Assembly (NCBI GenBank): GCA_964016885.1
Contig: OZ024740.1
Coordinates: 437,162,001-437,226,000 of the forward strand
Direction of reading: 5' to 3'
Length of the DNA stretch: 64,000 bases
From: Eledone cirrhosa
Lineage: Eukaryota
Under the pieces are notes generated by a model that saw only the letters and a program-made list of their open reading frames with translations, was not told the origin of the DNA and did no database searches. Position 1 is the first letter of the stretch; each line of letters begins with the position of its first letter. Made by a program: the position numbers and the translations under genes. Of the stretch, positions 56,663-64,000 are shown piece by piece.

Positions 56663-58698
56663 CTAAAGGAATAAGGGTGGGGAGTTCAGGCCGGGGGGAG
56701 TGTGGGTCTGTAAGATGAAGATAGTGCGTTGTTCGACCGTAAGGCGATGGGCGGGTGTTCCCTGGCACTGGAGTAGGCCACAGACTGTGAGATGGCGTGC
56801 GGAGTGTCCAGGGCCACCAAGGTGGCGGGCGATGGGGGAACTGCCCCCGAGACGAATATCCCGGAGGTGCTCCGTGACTCGGTCCGCCAGGCGACGTCCC
56901 GTCTGTCCGACATATGTCGCGCTGCACTCCGTGCAACGAAGTCCGTAGACTAGGTTGGAGGAGGTGCAGCGGAAGGCATGCCGGACCGAGAGAGAGTGGC
57001 CGTTGGGACCCTGGAAGGTGGTGGTGTTGGTGATGTGGGGACAGGTGTTGCAGCGGGGCCTAGAACAGGGGAAGGAACCGGGGGGAGAAACGGAGCGTGG
57101 GTTGGGGGTAGGGAACTGTGGACGAGGAGGGTGCAGAGATTGCGTGCGCGTTTGAAGGAGGGGAGTGGTGGGGTTGGGAAGATGTGGGAGGTGGAGGGGT
57201 CGGAATGGAGGCGTCGGAAGAGGCGGCGGATGGTCCGGTGGAGGGGTAAGGTGGAGGGGTGGTAGGTGATGGGGAAGGGGATACGGTGGGTGGGTGTGCG
57301 GTGGCGTGGGGTGAGGGGGGTGGAGCGGGGGTGAGAGCGGTGTAGACGAGAGAGGGGGGTAACCTCTGCGGATGAAATGGCTGACTAGGGAAAGGGCCTG
57401 GGACTCGAAGTCAGCATCACGGCTACAGAGGCGGCGGATCCTGAGAAGTTGGGAGTAGGGAATGGAGAGTTTAGTGTGGGTGGGGTGGGAAGAGGTGAAG
57501 TCGAGGTAAGAGTGGGAGTCGGTGGGTATGAAGAAGGCAGAGGTGACGAGGGAGTGGTGGGAGGGGTCGAAGGCGACAGAGATGTCTAAGAAGTGGACGT
57601 GGGTGGTGGAGATAGAGGTGGTGAAGTGGAGGGAGCGGTGGAAGGAGCAGAAGAAGGAGAGAAAGGAGTCGAGCTGTACTCGGGTGAGGGTCGTGGCTCC
57701 GATACAGTCGTCAATGTAACGACCGTACAGTTCGGGCGTGGGGCCGGTGTACTGGGCAAAGATTTGGGCCTCAACATGGCCAACAAAAAGGTTGGCATAG
57801 TTCGGGCCCATTCTTGTGCCCATGGCTACCCCCGTGACCTGTTGGTAAAACTCACCCGAGAAGGAGAAACAATTTAGGGTGAGAACCAACTCGGCGAGGA
57901 GAAGGAGGGTGGGGGTGGAGGGAATGGGGGAGGGGCGAATGTCGAGGTAGTGTTTGAGGGCGCGAAGGCCGTCGGCGTGGGGGATGACGGTATAGAGGGA
58001 CTTGATGTCTAGGGTGAAGAGGAATGGCTGAGGGCCGGGTAGGTAGGTGAAGGAGTCGAAAAGGCGCAGGGCGTGGTTGGTGTCGGAGATGTGGGAGGGG
58101 AGGGTGGTGACAAGGGGGGCGAGGAGGGAGTCGAGAAAGGCGGAGATGAGTTCGGTAGGGCAGTTGCAAGCGGAGACGATGGGGCGGCCGGGGTTGTCGG
58201 GTTTGTGGAGTTTGGGGAGGAAGTAGATGGTGGGGGTGCGGGGGGTGCGGACGATGAGGTGGGAATCGGTGGGGTGGGGGGGAGGCGATAAGGTATTTGA
58301 TGGTGGAAGAGACTTGTTGTTGGTAGAGGGGGGTGGGATCGGAGGGTAGAGGGCGGTAAAAGAGGGGTTACAGAGCTGCCTGAGGGCTTCGGCCGTGTAG
58401 AGGTCCGCGCGCCATACCACCACGGCGCCTCCCTTGTCCGCCGGTTTGATGACGATGTCATCTCGGCTACGGAGGGAGCGGAGAGCGAGGAGTTCGCCCC
58501 GTGAGATGTTGTGCCGTTTGGAACGGTGGCGGAAGTCGAAACGATTTACTGCGCTACGGCTGGCATCGACGAAGGCGTCCAGGGTGCTAAATTGCCCTGG
58601 GGCCGGCGTCCAAGAAGATGGTCGTCGGCCCAGGGCGAGAAACGGGTCTGGGGCGTCCGGAGCCGGTGGCGTTCGGCTGAAATGTGCCTGTAGCTTAG
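56663..58698 (-). pseudogene. PLE RT plus GIY-YIG, 5'-truncated, with probable compensated frameshifts
   Basis: [68 protein letters not shown]...YVGQTGR, PPGLN. Two Pro-rich stretches look off-frame. Confidence 0.9.
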
Positions 58699-58760
58699 TA
58701 TATATATGTATATATATATATACAAATATATATATATATTTGTATATATATATATATTTG

Positions 58761-58820
<60 letters not shown>

Positions 58821-58939
58821 AATATATATATATACAAATATATATATATATACAAATATATATATATATAGAAATATATATATATATACAAATATATATA
58901 TATATATATATGAAAAAATATATATATATATATATATAT

Positions 58940-59012
<73 letters not shown>

Positions 59013-59121
59013 CAAATATACAAATATATATATAAATATACAAATATATATATATATATATATACAAATATATATATATATACAAATATATATATATATA
59101 CAAATATATATATATATATAT

Positions 59122-59178
<57 letters not shown>

Positions 59179-59263
59179 AATATATATATATATATATACA
59201 AATATACAAATATATATATACAAATATACAAATATATATATATATACAAATATATATATATAT

Positions 59264-59322
<59 letters not shown>

Positions 59323-59685
59323 AATATATATATATGTATACAAATATATATATATATATATACAAATATATATATATATATATATATATACAAATATATA
59401 TATATATATATACAAATATATATATATATACAAATATATATATATATACAAATATAAATATATATATATATATTTGTATATATATATATATATATATTTG
59501 TATATATATATATATTTGTATATATATATATATATACAAATATATATATATATATACATATACAAATATATATATATACAAATATATATATATATAGAAA
59601 TATATATATATACAAATATATATATATATATACAAATATATATATATACAAATATATACAAATATATAAATATATATATAAATAT
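58699..59685. repeat. About 1-kb (TA)n tract with CAAA/TTTG interruptions
   Basis: Direct reading. Confidence 0.95.
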
Positions 59686-59689
59686 ACGA

Positions 59690-61300
59690 TATTAAATAAA
59701 TGGAAACTATATTTATAAAACCATATTTATTTCATTATATATATTTCAGGGATATCATATTAAAAATATGTTATGCCTTCTTCAGACAAAATACAATATA
59801 AACAGTCTTATAAATAGATAGATTTGACATACCTTTCAACTTCAACTTCCATTTAAAAAGTTGATTTGGTAGTGAAAAATGTTAGGGACAGTTATAAAAA
59901 GAAAGAAAGAAAGAAAGAAAAACCGAAGAAAAAGAAGAAATGCATGCAACTAAATAGAGAGAGATAGATATAGAGAGATAGATAGAGAGAGGAATTCATG
60001 TAAAGAAACAGAGAGAGATATATAGAGAGAGGAAAAAACACAGAGGGAGATAGATAGAGAAAGAGAGAGAGAGAGAAGAGAGAGAGAGAGAAAAAAAATA
60101 GAGAGAGATAGATATAGATAGAGATAGAGAGAAAGAAAATAGGTAGTTGGGCACCAGTTGAATGACGTATCAATGATATATTTATTTATTTATTTATTCA
60201 TTTAGTTCTAGTATTAATATAGAGAGAGATATATGTGGTTAGGAGAGAAAACAGCCGTTACATAGAGAGAAAAGAAAAATATCCAGACATAAACGAGGCA
60301 GATTTAAAACACTATGTTTCATGAATGTAAAAATATCAATTCGTATGAATCAGGTATTATAATGTAAATATCAGTATTCATGAATGAGACACGTATCAAT
60401 AATGTGTGAAAAATAATGATCATATGTCTAGTTTAAAATTCCTAGGTTTATATCAGAGTTGAGATAAAATAGAAGGTTATCCCAGATTCGATACTATAGA
60501 CATCCATGTGAATTTACGTGATCAACTCTGCAAATTCCTATTTCACACGAAAACATTCTCATTGTGCTATAAAAATTCTAGTATACATATATGTGTACAT
60601 ACACACAAATATATATAGAGTCTACATTAATTTTAACAATACTATTCTTGTCTTTACTCTACATGATTATCGTTCAAGCATAAATAGAGAACAGATATCA
60701 ATATATCAATAAAAATATCAGAAATAAAAAATAAAAAAAAATAAAAAAAATATTAAAAATAAAAATATTAAAAATATTAAAAATAAAAAAATAAAAAATA
60801 AAACATAGTATGCCCCGCAAATCAACCACAGAGATCAACCCTTCAAGGTTAATTGACAATATATTGCCAAGTTCGTTATAAGCATCAGAATCAAAAGCAA
60901 ACAAAACCAAAATTATCTACCAAATCCTGTCTAGCAGAAATCATTCCAAAAGTTTAGGATACCCATTTGATCTACAGATGGTCTTATAATTAATATAGAG
61001 GTTTATCTAGTGTAAAATTTATTCGATATATTTGGAGCATCAGCTTTTAGGGTAGTTTAATTATTCATGAAGAATGTTTAAAATAAAAAAGAAATCGAAA
61101 GATTTATCGGCGAGTTTCATAAATAATTATAAATCAAGTTAAATATATTACATTTTAAATTTATATTTATATTTAAAGGTTGAGTTCAATCTATGTCTGC
61201 AGCAACTGAATAAATTTGTCCGTAAATTAAGGGAATTTTTAGATTTTAGTATAAAGAATATCTCCTCCGCGCAGAGGTCACATGTCTCAGAGGATGAATT
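59690..61300 (-). mobile_element. 5'-truncated PLE related to the 52460-54235 element, opposite orientation
   Basis: Minus strand from about 61290: SETCDLCAEEIFFILKSKNSLNLRTNLFSCCRHRLNSTF...*. Terminal hammerhead and shared tail ATGGTTTTATAAATATAGTTTCCATTTATT. Confidence 0.8.
59728..59793 (-). ncRNA. Type I hammerhead ribozyme
   Basis: Minus strand: TATTTTGT-CTGAAGA-AGG..CATAT tttta ATATG..CCT-GAAA-TATAT ATA^ATGAAATA. Confidence 0.78.
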
Positions 61301-61303
61301 AAG

Positions 61304-61931
61304 AGGGGATGCAGAACAATTATATGAAAGACGTAAAATAAGAAAATTATAAGAAAATTATAAAAATTAACTTACTTACTAAAATTTCACTCCAACTAAT
61401 TAGTTTCTGAAAGGGAATAAACATGGTTTCCGAATGGAACCCATGGAGAAAGCCTTTCGTCACCAGGAAGACTATTCTCAGCTAAGTTCCCAGGTGATGC
61501 GTGGACACAGGGAACTTATACAAAAATAATTCAGTGGATGGAAAAAGGCAAGCGTGGACTAAATTCCAAGACATTGAAAAAATCACTGCCTACTCCTCAC
61601 TGATTAACTTCGATGTCACGTGATTGATTCTTTTGAATTTGCCACCGACCAAGTAGGCAGTGATTTTTTCAATGTCTTGGAATTTAATCCACGCTTGCTT
61701 TTTTCCATCCACTGGATTATTTTTGTATAAGTACCCTGTTTCCACGCATCGCCTGGGAACTTAGCTTAGAATAGACTTCCTAATGACGAAAGGCTTCCTC
61801 CATGGGTTCCATTCGGAAACCATGTTTATTCCCTTTCAGAAACTAATTAGTTGGAGTGAAATTTTAGTAAGTAAGTTAATTTTTATAATTTTCTTATTTT
61901 ACGTCTTTCATATAATTGTTCTGCATCCCCT
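61304..61931. repeat. Inverted repeat (about 285-bp arms, 57-nt spacer) of a hammerhead-bearing terminus
   Basis: Arms 61304-61594 and 61652-61931, with scattered mismatches and one indel. Confidence 0.92.
61775..61857 (+). ncRNA. Decayed type I hammerhead (mirror copy 61389-61471 on minus strand)
   Basis: ACTTC-CTAATGA (mirror copy CTGGTGA, consensus CTGATGA)-c GAAAGG..CATGG.TTCC attc GGAA.CCATG..CCTTTC a-GAAA-C TAATTA GTT^GGAGT. Confidence 0.6.
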
Positions 61932-62073
61932 TGCATTGAACCACAAAGTTACTAGGACAAAACCTATATATTTGCTAGCATAGGTATGCATCTTTATATA
62001 TGTTGGTAGATATACTAATTCTTTATAATTATCTTTATATATATTTGTGTGTATATATATATATACATATATA

Positions 62074-62157
<84 letters not shown>

Positions 62158-62259
62158 AATATATATATATATATATATATACAAATATATATATATATAT
62201 TTGTATATATCTATATATATTTGTATATATATATATATATTTGTATATATATATATATT

Positions 62260-62291
<32 letters not shown>

Positions 62292-62297
<6 letters not shown>

Positions 62298-62657
62298 GAA
62301 AAGAAAATGCTGACAAATTGTTCCCAGTGAAAAATAGTTTAATTAGGAATAAGTAAAAATTAGTAATAGTATTGGTTAGTATTCAGTTTTGGTTTTAAGT
62401 TTTACCGGTTGCGCATTTCTAATGCTTTCAAAAATAATTTTGAGATAGAGCACCCGTGATGTTTGCTTTAATCAGATTAGAGCAAACATCACGGGTGCTC
62501 TATCTCAAAATTATTTTTGAAAAGCATTAGAAATGTGCAACCGGTAAAACTTAAAACCAAAACTGAATACTAACCAACACTATTACTAATTTTGATTTAT
62601 TCCTAATTAAACTATTTTTCACTGAGAACAATTTGTCAGCATTTTCTGTTCCTTTTA
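62292..62657. repeat. Near-spacerless palindrome, about 180-bp arms, between (TA)n tracts
   Basis: Centre ...TTTAATC A GATTAGA... near 62474. Confidence 0.92.
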
Positions 62658-62692
62658 CCAATATATCATAACTCGTGTGTTACACCTCTATT

Positions 62693-62780
<88 letters not shown>

Positions 62781-62782
<2 letters not shown>

Positions 62783-64000
62783 AATTTGACTCCTTCGGCT
62801 TTAAAACCTTTAGAAGCCCGCCACACAACACACTACTAAACTCCTTTGAAAATGACCTAATAAAACTAGTTAAGAATATTAAATACAAAAACCACCGTAA
62901 TAAAAACAACACCTTCTTAAACAAACTTAGCACCTCTATTAATGATTTCAAAACTAGTAATAAAATTATTGTACATGCGGACGAAACTAATAACATATAC
63001 AGCCTAGATTATAATACTTATAGAAAGTTTATATATAATGAACTACATAAAAGCTACAAGAAAACCACAATGAAAAACTTAGAAGATATTAATATGGAAG
63101 GCTATAATATAGTGTTCAAACTAGGACTCCAGAGACATACACAACCATATACCCCAAACCCCGCTAGATTCTCTCTGAAGGACCATAAGGAGGACTTCAT
63201 TAGCAACCCCTCGATTAGACTTATCTGCCCTTCCAAGTCTGACATTGGCATTATCAGTAAGAAAATTTTAGATAAAATCATCCCACAGATTAAACACAAG
63301 ATATACCTTAAACAATGGGGAAATACAGGTGAAGTGATTGAATGGTTCAAAGATATCAAGGATAACAAGGATAAACAATTTATTCAATTTGATATCAATT
63401 CATACTACACCTCTATTTCCCCTATCCTATTAAATAAGGCACTTATCATGGCCATGGACAATAGTGACCTGACTAGACCCCAGATTGATGTCATACTTGC
63501 GGCCCGTAAAACAGTAATCACCTTTGAAGACCAATTATGGACCCGCAAGGATACGCAAAACAACTTCGACATAACCATGTGATCTAGTGACTCGGCGCAG
63601 GTCACTGATTTAGTCGGGCTATATTTACTTAACGAAATCCATAAGGACCTTCCATACCTCAACGGTAGTTTGTACCGCGATGATGCACTCCTACTTATAG
63701 ATTATAAAAGATTCAATATAGAAAGAACTAGAAAACTATTGCACAAGACATTCAAAAACTATAACCTTAGTATTACCATGGACAAAAACACTAAAAACGT
63801 TAACTTCCTGGACGCCACCCTCTACCTAGACTCAAAGGTATATGCACCTTTCCACAAACCTAATGAAAAACTCATTTACGTAGATACCAAGTCTAACCAC
63901 CCTAGATCTATATTAAACTCTATCTCTAAGGGAGTATCTAATAGAATCTCTAATCTATCCTATGACGTAAACATATTTAGCAAAAACTCGCAATATTATA
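62781..64000 (+). pseudogene. 5'-truncated PLE RT related to the array element; nonsense codon at 63580-63582; runs off the right edge
   Basis: FGFKT..SPP.N.LL..FENDL..LVKNIK, LKDHK, PSIRLI, KSDIG.ISKKILD, FIQFDINSYY, then after the TGA: SSDSAQVTDLVG, SLYRDD, VNFLD, SNHP. Confidence 0.9.

Larger units (their letters stand above)
55188..58698 (-). mobile_element. 5'-truncated Neptune-like PLE with C-rich sense strand, long 3' UTR and terminal hammerhead, inserted in (TA)n
   Basis: ORF, then UTR, hammerhead and AATAAA (minus strand, about 55234-55239), then (TA)n. The clade is inferred from the Cys linker and P-x-GLN end. Confidence 0.9.

Noticed and set aside
56663-59635. 990-aa ORF with a YI-rich N-terminus
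   Set aside because: The first ~310 codons are a stop-free reading of (TA)n fused by chance to a truncated PLE ORF.
63580-63582. In-frame TGA as selenocysteine or readthrough (some PLEs encode selenoproteins)
   Set aside because: It aligns to conserved Gly (MGATDS) in the array protein, so a GGA>TGA nonsense mutation is simpler. It is not a Cys position.

Overview
Eukaryotic, repeat-only window with no supportable host gene. The SINE fragments resemble those I recall from Octopus/cephalopod genomes, but that assignment is inference. Layout: a 34-bp satellite (1-13.0 kb) ending next to a hAT-like terminal inverted repeat; decayed CR1/L2 and RTE LINE fragments; a second 34-bp minisatellite; a decayed autonomous Helitron joined head-to-tail to an internally deleted copy (20.7-27.7 kb); and a dense nest of Penelope-like elements (PLEs; RT plus C-terminal GIY-YIG) inserted in (TA)n tracts. 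The centrepiece is a near-identical head-to-tail array (36.05-52.4 kb) of a 3531-bp PLE with four intact 717-aa ORFs. Each unit carries a non-canonical type I hammerhead ribozyme (UUGAGAA core, a U3-A8 swap of the C3-G8 pair, with a long branched stem II), and the array ends exactly at the end of a ribozyme. About eight further hammerhead motifs occur in other PLE termini, and five long fold-back palindromes sit in or near (TA)n. The 3' UTR of a Neptune-like PLE holds 13 ACUAAY (STAR/Quaking-type) motifs, 12 of them in six pairs. All structures were folded by eye and no database search was run.
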